The notes: generated by a model not told the origin, from the letters alone. A DNA stretch of 35,421 nt from an uncultured Clostridia bacterium (GCA_944391235.1 CALXSV010000117.1:1-35421), one strand, 5' to 3'; positions 1-9,315 are shown, counted from the stretch's first letter. Program-made: numbers and translations.

Positions 1-1
1 T

Positions 2-136
2 GGCCGCAGTCTGAATAATCTCCCCGATAGTGCATCGGGGGCCACGATTTTGGAAGGCCTCCATGTTTCCGGCAGTCGTGTGGATGAAGCTGGGGAAGAC
101 ATAGCCACTTGGGTTGACAGCCTGGATTTGAACTGA
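2..136 (+). CDS. C-terminal part of a probable flavodoxin-family protein (cut by window edge)
   Basis: Frame 2 reads GRSLNNLPDSASGATILEGLHVSGSRVDEAGEDIATWVDSLDLN-TGA(134-136), resembling the Flavodoxin_4 C-terminal pattern (ATILEGL.V.G..V..A...I..W). Confidence 0.7.
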   Translation, partial: GRSLNNLPDSASGATILEGLHVSGSRVDEAGEDIATWVDSLDLN

Positions 137-161
137 TTTTGAACGAAAGGAGGGAGAATAC

Positions 162-857
162 GTGAAACCAAGAGTCATTTTCAAAGTCGCACTGGATGTT
201 CTGATGACACTGGGGCTGTTATTTTTGATGGGATATCAATTTTGGGGTGATGTGGCTCATGAATGGATAGGCGCTGGAATGTTTCTCCTGTTCATTTTAC
301 ATCATATCCTGAATGGAAATTGGTATAAATCCCTTTTTAAAAGAAAGTATACTCCCTCCCGTATTTTTCAGTTGCTCGTTGATGTATTGGTATTTCTCGC
401 TATGATTGGCCTGATGGTTAGCGGGATTATGCTATCCAACCATGTTTTTGCGTTTTTGAATATTCGGGGAGGCATATCCTTTGCACGCCTGCTACACATG
501 GTAGCGTCCCATTGGGGCTTTGTTCTGATGGCGCTTCATTTAGGGCTACACTGGAGTATGTTCCTGGGTATAGTCAGAAAAGCGCTGAAATTGCAACAGC
601 CCTCCCTTCTACGAAAGATCTTTTTGCACATCCTTGGAACGGGAATTGCCATCTATGGATTTACGGCATTTATTCAGCGCGATCTGCTCACCTATATGTT
701 GCTGCAAACACAGTTTGTATTCCTGGATTTCAGTGAACCGATTCCTCTCTTCTATTTAGATTATCTGGCTATTATGGGTACTTTTATTTTCCTGGCCTAT
801 TATATTTCTATGCTGCTGCGGAAATTGTCGGGAAAAAGGACGCATAAAAAGGGATAA
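162..857 (+). CDS. DUF4405-like multi-pass membrane protein with conserved intramembrane histidines (cytochrome b-like)
   Basis: GTG start after AGGAGG; about 6 hydrophobic segments; HEWIG, HHILN, HMVASHWG and LHLGLHW motifs. Confidence 0.75.
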   Translation: MKPRVIFKVALDVLMTLGLLFLMGYQFWGDVAHEWIGAGMFLLFILHHILNGNWYKSLFKRKYTPSRIFQLLVDVLVFLAMIGLMVSGIMLSNHVFAFLNIRGGISFARLLHMVASHWGFVLMALHLGLHWSMFLGIVRKALKLQQPSLLRKIFLHILGTGIAIYGFTAFIQRDLLTYMLLQTQFVFLDFSEPIPLFYLDYLAIMGTFIFLAYYISMLLRKLSGKRTHKKG

Positions 858-897
858 AGGAAGATTATACAGCCAGGAAGTTACGGAGCGCACAAGA

Positions 898-1262
898 GCG
901 GTGAAATTCGTTTTAGAAAAAGGATGTAGCTGTGCGCTCTCTAGTGGGCAGAAGCTGTATGCCAGCTATCCAAGAGTGATCCATTTCTTGGCACAGGGTA
1001 TTTACTTTAAGATGCTAGTGCAGCGGATAAAGTGATTGGAAAAGCAGCGGTTTTGTTACTTGTTCTGGCAGGAGTTAAACGTGCATATGCAACTGTTATG
1101 AGCGAATCTGGATTACTATTAAGGCATCTTGGCTTCTTGCGATATCGCGTCTCTATAATTCTAAATCGGGCTGGCCCCTGTCCCATGGAAGAAGCAATGG
1201 ATAGAATCAAAGATCCAGTTCGCGCATTAGGTTGTTTAGCATTTTATCAAATCATGGGATAA
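898..1262 (+). pseudogene. DUF1893 (TM1506-like) protein, frameshifted
   Basis: The 3' frame has ADKVIGKAA...YATVMSE..., ILNR..GPCPMEEA. It is blocked upstream by TAA at 1008-1010, while the N-terminal-like LEKGCSCALSSGQKLYAS lies in another frame. Confidence 0.7.
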
Positions 1263-1273
1263 GGAGGTTTCAA

Positions 1274-2290
1274 ATGAACAAGTTATCTTTTCTCTGTTTA
1301 GCGATGTTGTTTTGCATTGGTATATTGGCAGGATGCGCATCTGAGGAAGCACCGGCTTTATCGAATAGTAGTTCCTCGGAAGCCATTCCGTCGACATCCG
1401 AGCCGACTCAGTCGGAAGACGTCCCCGACGACACACCAACGGTGTATATGACAACTGATATTCGAGCAGAGGGACTGATGGCTATTTACGAGGCACTGGG
1501 AGCTTCGCCATCCGGAAATATTGCGGTGAAGCTTTCCACCGGAGAACCCGGAAGCAATTACCTGCGTACCGATTTAATTGGCGATCTGGTGCAGTCTTTC
1601 GATAATCCCACGATTGTGGAGTGTAATACAGCCTATGGCGGTCAGCGGGCCAATACTGCCATGCACTATCAGGTGGCGGAAGATCACGGTTATACTGCCA
1701 TCGCCAATGTGGATATTATGGATGAAAACGGCTCTATGACGCTTCCGGTCACCGGTGGCAGCAATCTGACTGAAAATTATGTGGGCGCGAATTTTGCCAA
1801 TTACGATTATTATGTGGTCTTGTCTCACTTCAAAGGCCATGCCATGGCCGGATACGGTGGTGCCATTAAGAACATTTCTATTGGAATTGCTTCTTCGGAG
1901 GGGAAGGCTCATATCCATTCCGGCGGTACCGGCGGCAGCATGTGAGGCGGCGACCAGGACGCCTTTTTGGAGAGTATGGCCGAGGCGGGAAAATCCGTTG
2001 TGGATTATTTGAACGGAAATATCCTCTATATCAATGTGATGAACCGTTTGAGCGTAGATTGCGACTGTGATGGTAATCCCGCCGAGCCGGATATGCATGA
2101 TATCGGCATCTTAGCATCTTTCGACCCGGTGGCTTTGGATCAGGCGTGTATCGATTTGGTTTATTCCGCTGAGGATGGCGATTCTCTCATTCAGCGTATT
2201 GAGTCCCGCAATGGTTTGCACACGCTGGAACATGCGGAGGAAATCGGGCTTGGCAGCCGCACTTATGAGCTGGTAAGCATTGACGAATAG
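1274..2290 (+). pseudogene. DUF362-family lipoprotein interrupted by an in-frame TGA (1943-1945)
   Basis: AGGAGG then ATG 1274; lipobox LAGC; VKLSTGEPG, VECNTAYGG, SHFKGHAMAGYGGAIKNISIG. The same frame continues past the TGA as GGDQDAFLESMAEA...SVDCDCD...DPVALDQAC to TAG 2290. Confidence 0.85.
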
Positions 2291-2300
2291 AGGTGGATGA

Positions 2301-3058
2301 ATGAAATGATGGATTCACTTATTGCTGGCCGGACTGATGGCCTTTTCTTTGGCAGGCTGTTCGGGAGCCCCTGCACAAGAATCGTCTGACTCGGAACAGG
2401 TGCCAACTGCATCCGCCAGCACAGATGCTGCAGAAGAAATTGAAGTACCGGAAGGCTTCCTGCTGATTACTGGAGGCGCCTTTTCTATGGGCAGTCCGGA
2501 CAGCGAAGCCTGGCGCAGCGAAGATGAAAGGCAGCATTTTATCACGGTCAGCGATTTTTATATGAGTGCTTATGAAGTAACACAGCAGGAGTATCAAGAT
2601 GTAATGGGCGATAACCCTATTCAATACGGAAAGCTCCATCAGCGCGGAGGAATCTAATTATTGGGGCGATTACCCCTATATGATTGAGGATAATTACTTC
2701 AATCAAGGAAATCTGGAAACACCGCCCGGCGTTTACCGTCAGACCACTGTAGAAGTGAACAGCTTCTCTCCCAATGCCTGGGGTCTTTACAACATGCATG
2801 GGAACGTGGGCGAATGGGTTGGGGATTATTACGGCGAGTACAGCACGGAAGCCCAGACGGATCCCACCGGTCCGGAAACCGGCACACGGCGGGTGTATCG
2901 AGGCGATGGCTGGAACGACTTTGCCTCAAACCGCCATTGCCAAGTTGGCACTGGACGCTAATATGGCGGAGGGCCTTGCAATCCATTATTCGGGCGGCTC
3001 CGGTATGCTGGATGATGTAGCAGCATGGCTGGACGCCAATGGAATCGAGAGACAATAA
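2301..3058 (+). pseudogene. Formylglycine-generating-enzyme (FGE-sulfatase/SUMF1) domain lipoprotein with flavodoxin-like tail; nonsense codon plus two internal deletions/frameshifts
   Basis: ATG-AAA-TGA at 2301-2309; lipobox SLAGC; GGAFSMGSP, DFYMSAYEVTQ; frame change near 2618; PNAWGLYNMHGNVGEW, RVYRGDGW; second frame change near 2925 into TAIAKLA..AEGLAIHYSGGS..VAAWLDANGI. Confidence 0.8.
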
Positions 3059-3093
3059 ACTGCAAACATCATTATTTTCAGGAGGTATTTATC

Positions 3094-3636
3094 GTGAAGA
3101 AGAACATAGGAAATGTACTTGCCCTGTATCCCACGCCTCTTGTGGTGGTTGGGGCTATGGTGAACGGAAAGCCCAACTGGCTATTGGTAGGACATTTAGG
3201 CATTATGGGGCATGACCATGTGATGGTCAGTCTGGCAAAGCCTCATTACACGAATCAGGGCATCAAGGAGAACAAAAAGCTGTCCATCAATATTGTGGAT
3301 GAAACGTTGTTGGCGAAAGCGGACCGTTCTGGTTGCGTCAGCGGAAGCAAAGCGGATAAATCTGAGCTGTTTTCGTGCAGTATAAGCAAGGCCGGTGTCC
3401 CTATGATTGCGGATGCACCGGTTGTGATGGAATGCAATGTAGAGGATATTTATGAAACAAAAGGATTTGATAACTTTATCTGTACCATCGATAATACCTA
3501 TGCGGAGGAAAATGTGCTGACCGATGAAGGTAAATTGGATTATCGCATCTTAAAGCCGGTGCTGTTTGAGATGCCCACCTATGAGTATGTGAAAACCGGC
3601 GAGGTTTTAGCAAAGTGTATGTCTTTCGGAGAATAG
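3094..3636 (+). CDS. Flavin reductase-like (DIM6/NTAB family) protein
   Basis: GGAGG then GTG 3094; LYPTPLVVVG, KPNW, HYTNQGI, GCVSG...DKS, P.I..AP..MEC. Confidence 0.85.
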   Translation: MKKNIGNVLALYPTPLVVVGAMVNGKPNWLLVGHLGIMGHDHVMVSLAKPHYTNQGIKENKKLSINIVDETLLAKADRSGCVSGSKADKSELFSCSISKAGVPMIADAPVVMECNVEDIYETKGFDNFICTIDNTYAEENVLTDEGKLDYRILKPVLFEMPTYEYVKTGEVLAKCMSFGE

Positions 3637-3696
3637 TGTTAGAGAAGCTGCGGCTTCTTATACATACAAATTTCCGAGGACAGGAGGCCGGAATCG

Positions 3697-4239
3697 ATGA
3701 AGAATAACATCAAGAGTGGAGATGGAAAAATGGAATGCGACTGGCCATTGATCATTTCCTATTCTTATTCGGGCAATACCCATCGCATTGCACATGGAAT
3801 TCAGGAGATTACAGGGGGCGACTGGTGCGAAATTTATCCGTGGCAGCCATATCCCATGGCGTTTCCCGAATTGCTGGGGCAGGTGAAAAAGGAAGTACAA
3901 TCCCACTATCGGCCGAGACTCTTGCCAGTGTCTCGTTCACCGCATCCCTATTCCGTTATTTTTGTCGGTACACCAAACTGGTGCGGAACGATTGCTCCAC
4001 CTCTCGCCTCCTGGCTATATAAAAACGACTTGTCTGGAAAAATCATTCTCCCATTTTATTCCCACTGTGGTGGAGTTTCGGGAGATCTTCGAGGGGATAT
4101 CGCCAAGCTGTGCCCCAAAGCGGATGTGCGGGAAGCCCTCAGTGTAATTGACGACGGAGAAAAAGAATTGGTAGATCTACTCCGCAAATGGCTTATCAAG
4201 ACTGGCATAATGGAATCTCGGATATTTCGTACTGGTTAA
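3697..4239 (+). CDS. Flavodoxin (Flavodoxin_4 type)
   Basis: FMN loop SYSGNT, IFVGTPNWCGTIAPP, DLSGKIILPFYSHCGG; AGGAGG upstream. Confidence 0.85.
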   Translation: MKNNIKSGDGKMECDWPLIISYSYSGNTHRIAHGIQEITGGDWCEIYPWQPYPMAFPELLGQVKKEVQSHYRPRLLPVSRSPHPYSVIFVGTPNWCGTIAPPLASWLYKNDLSGKIILPFYSHCGGVSGDLRGDIAKLCPKADVREALSVIDDGEKELVDLLRKWLIKTGIMESRIFRTG

Positions 4240-4302
4240 GCGATCCATGTCTGCATATGGGGACATGAGATCCATCATCATTTATATCAAGGAGGGCTTT
4301 TT

Positions 4303-4740
4303 ATGCGTATCAATGACAAAACTACATTTGACAAGGAAAACGTCTTCGGCCTGGGAAACGCCAATTCGGCCTATGCCCAGTATTTCATCGGCAATTCATA
4401 TCTGAATCCATTGACCGAAGTGGACAAGTGCCCGGTGTTCCTAGCCAACGTCACTTTCGAGCCTGGTTGCCGGAACAACTGGCATATCCATCACGCCAAA
4501 AGCGGAGGCGGCCAGATCCTGATCTGCACGGCTGGTGAGGGCTGGTATCAGGAAGAGGGGAAGGATGCGGTAAGCCTCACCCCCGGCACTGTCATCACGA
4601 TTCCGGCGGAAGTCAAGCACTGGCATGGCGCTAAAAAGGATAGCTGGTTCTCTCATATCGCCATTGAGGTGCCGGGGGAGGAAACCTCTAATGAGTGGCT
4701 GGAGGCAGTGGATGCCCAAGCTTATGGCGCCCTGGAATAA
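4303..4740 (+). CDS. Cupin-domain protein
   Basis: ANVTFEPGCRNNWHIH...GGGQILI...G.GWYQEEG...KHWHGA cupin metal motifs; AAGGAGG RBS. Confidence 0.9.
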   Translation: MRINDKTTFDKENVFGLGNANSAYAQYFIGNSYLNPLTEVDKCPVFLANVTFEPGCRNNWHIHHAKSGGGQILICTAGEGWYQEEGKDAVSLTPGTVITIPAEVKHWHGAKKDSWFSHIAIEVPGEETSNEWLEAVDAQAYGALE

Positions 4741-4754
4741 AGGAGGCAAGGGAA

Positions 4755-5801
4755 ATGCAATACACGAAATTAGGAAATTCAGAATTAAAGGTTTCCCGCA
4801 TCTGTATGGGATGTATGGGCTTTGGTGATGCGGGAAACGGCCAGCATAGCTGGACGCTGAACGAGGAGCGTTCTCGGGAGATTATCAAGCGGGGGCTGGA
4901 GCTTGGAGGCAACTTTTTTGATACGGCTATCGGCTACCAGAGCGGCACCAGCGAGCAGTACCTGGGCCGGGCTCTCCGAGATTTTGCAAAGCGGGAGGAT
5001 GTGGTGGTAGCTACTAAATTCCTGCCCCGCACCCAGGAGGAAATTGCTGCTGGCATCACCGGCCAGCAGCACATTGAGCAGATGGTCAGCACCAGCTTGA
5101 AGAATCTTGGATTGGACTACATTGACCTATATATCTATCACATGTGGGATTATGAGACGCCTCTCTACGACATTATGGAGGGACTCAACCGGATGGTGAA
5201 AGCTGGTAATGTGCGGTACATTGGCATTTCCAACTGCTTTGCTTATCAACTGGCCAAGGCAAATGCTCTGGCCGAGAGGGAGGGCTTTTCCAAGTTCGTT
5301 TCCATCCAGGGACATTACAATTTGATCTTCCGTGAGGAGGAGCGGGAGATGGCAAAGCTCTGTGCTGAGGATAACATTGCCATGACTCCTTACAGCTCCT
5401 TGGCTGGAGGTCGGCTTTCCAAGCACCCTGGTGAAACCTCCAAGCGTTTAGAAGAGGACAGCTATGCCAGATTCAAGTATGACGCTACTGCAGAACAGGA
5501 TGCAGCCATTATCAATCGAGTGGCGGAATTGGCGGAAAAAAGGGGCGTATCCATGACGGAGATTTCTTTGGCATGGCTGCTCACTAAAGTGACATCCCCA
5601 GTGGTAGGAGCCACAAAACTGCAACATATCGAAGGGGCAGCCAAAGCAGCCGAGCTTACCCTAGCACCGGAAGAATGCGCATATCTGGAGGAGCCATATG
5701 TTCCTCATAACCTGGTGGGCGTTATGGCACAGAACACACCGGCGGCCGCAAAACAGCAACACGTATGGTCCACCGGTAACCAGCAAATTGAAAAGGCATA
5801 A
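4755..5801 (+). CDS. Aldo/keto reductase
   Basis: AGGAGG then ATG 4755; VSRICMGCMGFG, FFDTAIGY, VVATK, LDYIDLYIYH, RYIGISN, PYSSLAGG. Confidence 0.93.
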   Translation: MQYTKLGNSELKVSRICMGCMGFGDAGNGQHSWTLNEERSREIIKRGLELGGNFFDTAIGYQSGTSEQYLGRALRDFAKREDVVVATKFLPRTQEEIAAGITGQQHIEQMVSTSLKNLGLDYIDLYIYHMWDYETPLYDIMEGLNRMVKAGNVRYIGISNCFAYQLAKANALAEREGFSKFVSIQGHYNLIFREEEREMAKLCAEDNIAMTPYSSLAGGRLSKHPGETSKRLEEDSYARFKYDATAEQDAAIINRVAELAEKRGVSMTEISLAWLLTKVTSPVVGATKLQHIEGAAKAAELTLAPEECAYLEEPYVPHNLVGVMAQNTPAAAKQQHVWSTGNQQIEKA

Positions 5802-5811
5802 GGAGGATTTT

Positions 5812-6507
5812 ATGATGGACTATCGAGAAACCGATCCGGAATTTGCAGAACGTTTTGAGCATTTTACTTTTGAGGAAGTGCCGGGGGAAGAAGGACAGCA
5901 GCTTGATGAAGCAACCCGCCATATGGCGATTCTCGCCACGCTGCTGGGCTGTCAGGGCGTGGATGCGTTCAGGGTGGAGTTGCCCCGTGCGCTAGATGCG
6001 GGGCTTTCCCCCGTTATGGTTAAAGAGGTGGTCTATCAGGCGGTGGACTATTTGGGCATCGGCCGGGTAAAACCGTTTCTGGATGCAACCAATGACATTT
6101 TAGTGGAACGGGGGGTAAAGCTGCCTTTGGAAAGGCAGGCGACCACAACCATGGCGAACCGACTGGAAAAAGGAATTCAAGCTCAGGTGGAGATTTTCGG
6201 GGACGCGATGAACGAAGCGTGGAAAAACGGCCACATCAACCGTTGGTTGGCAGAAAATTGTTTTGGCGATTACTACACCCGCACCGGACTTGATTTGGCC
6301 CAGCGGGCGATGATCACCTTCTGCTTTCTGGCAGCCCAGGGTGGCTGTGAGCCGCAGTTGATTGCTCATGCCGGTGGCAATATGAATTTGGGGAACGACA
6401 AGGCCTTTCTCGTTAAAGTTGTTTCCCAATGCTTGCCGTACATTGGCTATCCCCGCAGCTTGAATGCCATTACCTGCATCAACAAGGCAGTGGAATCCAG
6501 GAAGTAA
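5812..6507 (+). CDS. Carboxymuconolactone decarboxylase (CMD/AhpD-like) family protein, two-domain
   Basis: AGGAGG then ATG 5812; CFGDYYTRTGLD, QGGCEPQL.AH, LPYIGYPRSLNA. Confidence 0.88.
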   Translation: MMDYRETDPEFAERFEHFTFEEVPGEEGQQLDEATRHMAILATLLGCQGVDAFRVELPRALDAGLSPVMVKEVVYQAVDYLGIGRVKPFLDATNDILVERGVKLPLERQATTTMANRLEKGIQAQVEIFGDAMNEAWKNGHINRWLAENCFGDYYTRTGLDLAQRAMITFCFLAAQGGCEPQLIAHAGGNMNLGNDKAFLVKVVSQCLPYIGYPRSLNAITCINKAVESRK

Positions 6508-6520
6508 GTATCCTTAGATT

Positions 6521-6839
6521 GTAGAAGTCGGTGAATCCTTTTCAAAATCCGTAATAAGGGAAGTCTATAAAGAAACCAGTTATCAGGTAAAAAATCCCAC
6601 CTTATGCGGAATCAATCAGCTTGTGGGGCAGGGTGCGTCAGTCTGCTTTATCTGCAATCCTTTGACGGCATTTTGCACTCTTCAGTAGATGGACGCATAT
6701 TTTAGCTGAATTGCAAGGATATCGTTCCTGCAAATATGACTCCTGATATGGCAGTTCTGATGAAATTGTTCGATGAGGGAGAGAAAAGCGAAATTACTAT
6801 TTTCCTGACCGTGCAGATGCGGCATATCTGATTTTATAA
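6521..6839 (+). pseudogene. Nudix hydrolase (MutT-like) remnant
   Basis: VEVGESFSKSVIREVYKETSYQVKNPTLCG is a degenerate Nudix box. After a frameshift: FDGILHSSVDGRIF*(TAG 6703-6705)LNCKD...DMAVLMKLFDE.EKSE. The 5' end is missing. Confidence 0.7.
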
Positions 6840-6855
6840 AGGGGGGAAAGCACAG

Positions 6856-7755
6856 ATGGAAATTCTCAGGCGAGAGTTTGTTTATCTCTGGTATTATTTC
6901 AGCGTCCAATTCGAGCAGATCTTCGGCTGGTGGGTGCTGGGTATGGTCATTGGCTCGGCTGTTTCTGTTTTTGCCAAGGACTATATTCACTGTGCTTTCC
7001 AATCCCTTCAAGGAAAGAAACTGGGATTTCTGGGAATTGTGGCGGCCAGCGCACTGGGCATTGCGTCCCCGTTATGTATGTACGGTACTATTCCCATCGC
7101 CGCTTCCTTTTCCAAGAGCGGGATGAAAGATAGTTGGTTGGCTGCATTTATGATGTCTTCCATTCTGCTGAACCCCCAACTGATTATTTACAGCGCGGCC
7201 TTGGGGGGAACCGTCCTGACGGTGCGTATTGTTTCTTGCTTCCTTTGCGGCATCGTTGCAGGGCTGCTGATCTGTTTTTTTTACAGAGACAGGCCTTTTT
7301 TCAACTTTACCGGCTTTGCCGAACCTCAAAATCGGGATACAGACCCTAACATTATCTTGCGCTATATCAAAAATCTTGGGCGGAATGTCAAGGCCACGGG
7401 GCTTTACTTCTTAATCGGTGTGCTACTTTCCGCTCTCTTTCAGCGGTATGTCCCTGCGGAAGCTATGACAGCCCTGTTTGGCGGGAATGAGGCACTGGGC
7501 GTGCTGATGGCAGCCACCATTGGCGTCCCCCTCTACGCCTGCGGTGGAGGGACTATTCCTTTGCTGCAGCAGTGGTTATGGGACGGTATGAGTGTGGGCA
7601 GCGCTGCCTCCTTTATGCTTACCGGGCCTTCCACGAAAATTACCAATCTGGGCGCTTTGAAGATCGTTTTAGGACTCCGACGCTTTTTACTGTATCTGAT
7701 CTATGTAATACTATTTTCGCTGGCTACCGGTTTGGTTGTAAATTTTGTGGTATAA
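6856..7755 (+). CDS. ArsP/DUF318-family permease
   Basis: Two repeated halves with SPLCMYGTIP and PLYACGGGTIP; about 8 hydrophobic segments. Confidence 0.85.
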   Translation: MEILRREFVYLWYYFSVQFEQIFGWWVLGMVIGSAVSVFAKDYIHCAFQSLQGKKLGFLGIVAASALGIASPLCMYGTIPIAASFSKSGMKDSWLAAFMMSSILLNPQLIIYSAALGGTVLTVRIVSCFLCGIVAGLLICFFYRDRPFFNFTGFAEPQNRDTDPNIILRYIKNLGRNVKATGLYFLIGVLLSALFQRYVPAEAMTALFGGNEALGVLMAATIGVPLYACGGGTIPLLQQWLWDGMSVGSAASFMLTGPSTKITNLGALKIVLGLRRFLLYLIYVILFSLATGLVVNFVV

Positions 7756-7899
7756 ATGCATTATCCTGGAAGAATAAATTCTAGAGAAAGGAAAGAAATA
7801 TGTTGAAGCAACTGGTGACTGGAAACGCACCAGACTTCTTCCGCATGTTATTCGGACAAGCTTTGTCGTAGGCTCCGGTAGAAATCTTTCATTTCTTTA

Positions 7900-8290
7900 T
7901 GAATGCATACATGATTTTTATCAAATGCGGTGGAGAGGCCTCCGAAAGTGATGACATCTAGACTCAAGAGATGCTTAAAAGGGAAGAGCCGGCTGAGAAG
8001 TACCCAGAATTACAGAACAAGTACGGAACCCGTGAATTTTTGTGTCGAGGCGAGGGTATTAAGTGGATACAGCAGGAAGAATACGAAAAAATTTGAGGAG
8101 TATATACGGTGTTAGTTGGAGGAGGACGAGGCGAAAATAGACTGACGATGGAAATTTTCTAAACCCATTTATTGCAGCTGGTAGCGGAATTCTCGCGGCT
8201 ACAGATCGTACTTGCGCAATGAGATGTACAAGCTAGTAATATAGGGATTTTCCTACATATGAAAACCCTCGGCTTTGCCGAGGGTTTATT
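7900..8290 (+). mobile_element. tnpA: Degenerate IS200/IS605-family element (tnpA remnant plus right-end hairpin)
   Basis: Across frameshifts: VERPPK...LKGKS.L, KYPELQNKYGTREF, GY*VDTAG.NTKK.EEYIR.*LEED, matching the Y1 transposase C-terminal half. An 11-bp hairpin lies at 8263-8287. Confidence 0.8.
8263..8287. terminator. Hairpin AAACCCTCGGC-TTT-GCCGAGGGTTT (IS200 right-end hairpin; may also terminate the convergent DMT gene)
   Basis: Perfect 11-bp inverted repeat with A/T runs on both sides. Confidence 0.7.
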
Positions 8291-8369
8291 ATTTAAAACC
8301 TATTGAAAACATATCCTGTTTGGTTTCCAGATTTCTCCGTTAAGAGTGTTCTCCTGTATAGAGGTTTTT

Positions 8370-9308
8370 TCATTGTTCTCCTATCTGGGGATTCTCACTT
8401 ATTACCTGTTTTTCCTTGCTGCTGCTGGTTAGTACAGCTCCAATCATGCAAATGATAAGCAGCATAGCGCCCAAGCTTTGCCGCAGTCCTAGGGTTTCAT
8501 GAAGCAGTAGCCAGCCAAAAAAGCCACCGAATAGGGATTCGGAAGTAAATAAAATAGAAGCAGTGGTGGGAGGCAGAACTTTCTGCACGCCGGTCTGTAC
8601 CAAATTAGCATAGGCTGTTGCTAGAACAGCTGTAAAAATCAATGCGCTCCATACAACGGGCGGAAAATTGGCAGCAGTTGGAATGGGCTCTGTAAACAGC
8701 GCGGCTGCAACATTTAATAATGCAGTAAAGCTTAGCTGAAGCGCAGCCAGCAGTCGGGTATCCATCAGGCTTGTATAATGGTCCAGCACGATGAAATGAA
8801 TGGCAAAGAGCAAGGCGCATAGCAGCGTCCAGATATCGCCCTCGGCTACGGTAAAATTATCGCTTAGTGAGAACAGGGCCAGGGCAACAACTGTTAAAAA
8901 GGCCAAGGCCAACTGACTTTTTTTTATGCGGTGGGTGACAAACCAAGCGATAAGAGAGACAAAAACAACGTAGGTACCGGTAATAAAGGCTGAATTGGAT
9001 ACTGTGGTGCGGGTCAGACCAATGGTTTGCGTGAGATAGGCTGCCCATAGGGGTAGGGCAGTTAAAAATCCAGCTTTGAGTTTTTGTTTGTCCAGGGTGC
9101 GTACTGCTTTGCCGGCAATAAGCCAGAGCAAAACTGCGCCCATAGAAAAACGGATACCCAAAAACCACAGAGAGCTGATATAGTCCAGCGCATTTTTCAT
9201 AAAAACAAAGGCACAGCCCCAAATTGCCGTCACGGATAATATGCCCAGTATACCGAGGAAAATAGTATTTTTATTTTTGATTTGTGTATAATTATTATCT
9301 TTATTCAT
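8370..9308 (-). CDS. DMT/EamA family transporter
   Basis: IWGCAFVFMK, RFSMG, QTIGL..TTVSNSAFITG, GDIWTLLCA, ASILFTSE; about 10 TM segments. Start moved to ATG 9308 (alternative 9314) because of the promoter position. Confidence 0.9.
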   Translation of the reverse strand: MNKDNNYTQIKNKNTIFLGILGILSVTAIWGCAFVFMKNALDYISSLWFLGIRFSMGAVLLWLIAGKAVRTLDKQKLKAGFLTALPLWAAYLTQTIGLTRTTVSNSAFITGTYVVFVSLIAWFVTHRIKKSQLALAFLTVVALALFSLSDNFTVAEGDIWTLLCALLFAIHFIVLDHYTSLMDTRLLAALQLSFTALLNVAAALFTEPIPTAANFPPVVWSALIFTAVLATAYANLVQTGVQKVLPPTTASILFTSESLFGGFFGWLLLHETLGLRQSLGAMLLIICMIGAVLTSSSKEKQVISENPQIGEQ

Positions 9309-9315
9309 AAGCATA

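Noticed and set aside
1943-2309. Two in-frame TGA codons suggesting a TGA-recoded genetic code
   Set aside because: TGA terminates folC, maf, minE and DUF177 at their expected ends, TGG is used for Trp throughout, and the second TGA is in a gene with other lesions.
7800-7871. 23-aa ORF MLKQLVTGNAPDFFRMLFGQALS with a purine-rich upstream sequence
   Set aside because: Too short, no motif, and it lies in decayed DNA next to the IS remnant.
8150-8290. TnpB/omega-RNA system at the IS200 end
   Set aside because: No tnpB or iscB coding remnant lies between tnpA and the end hairpin, and the gap is only about 100 bp.
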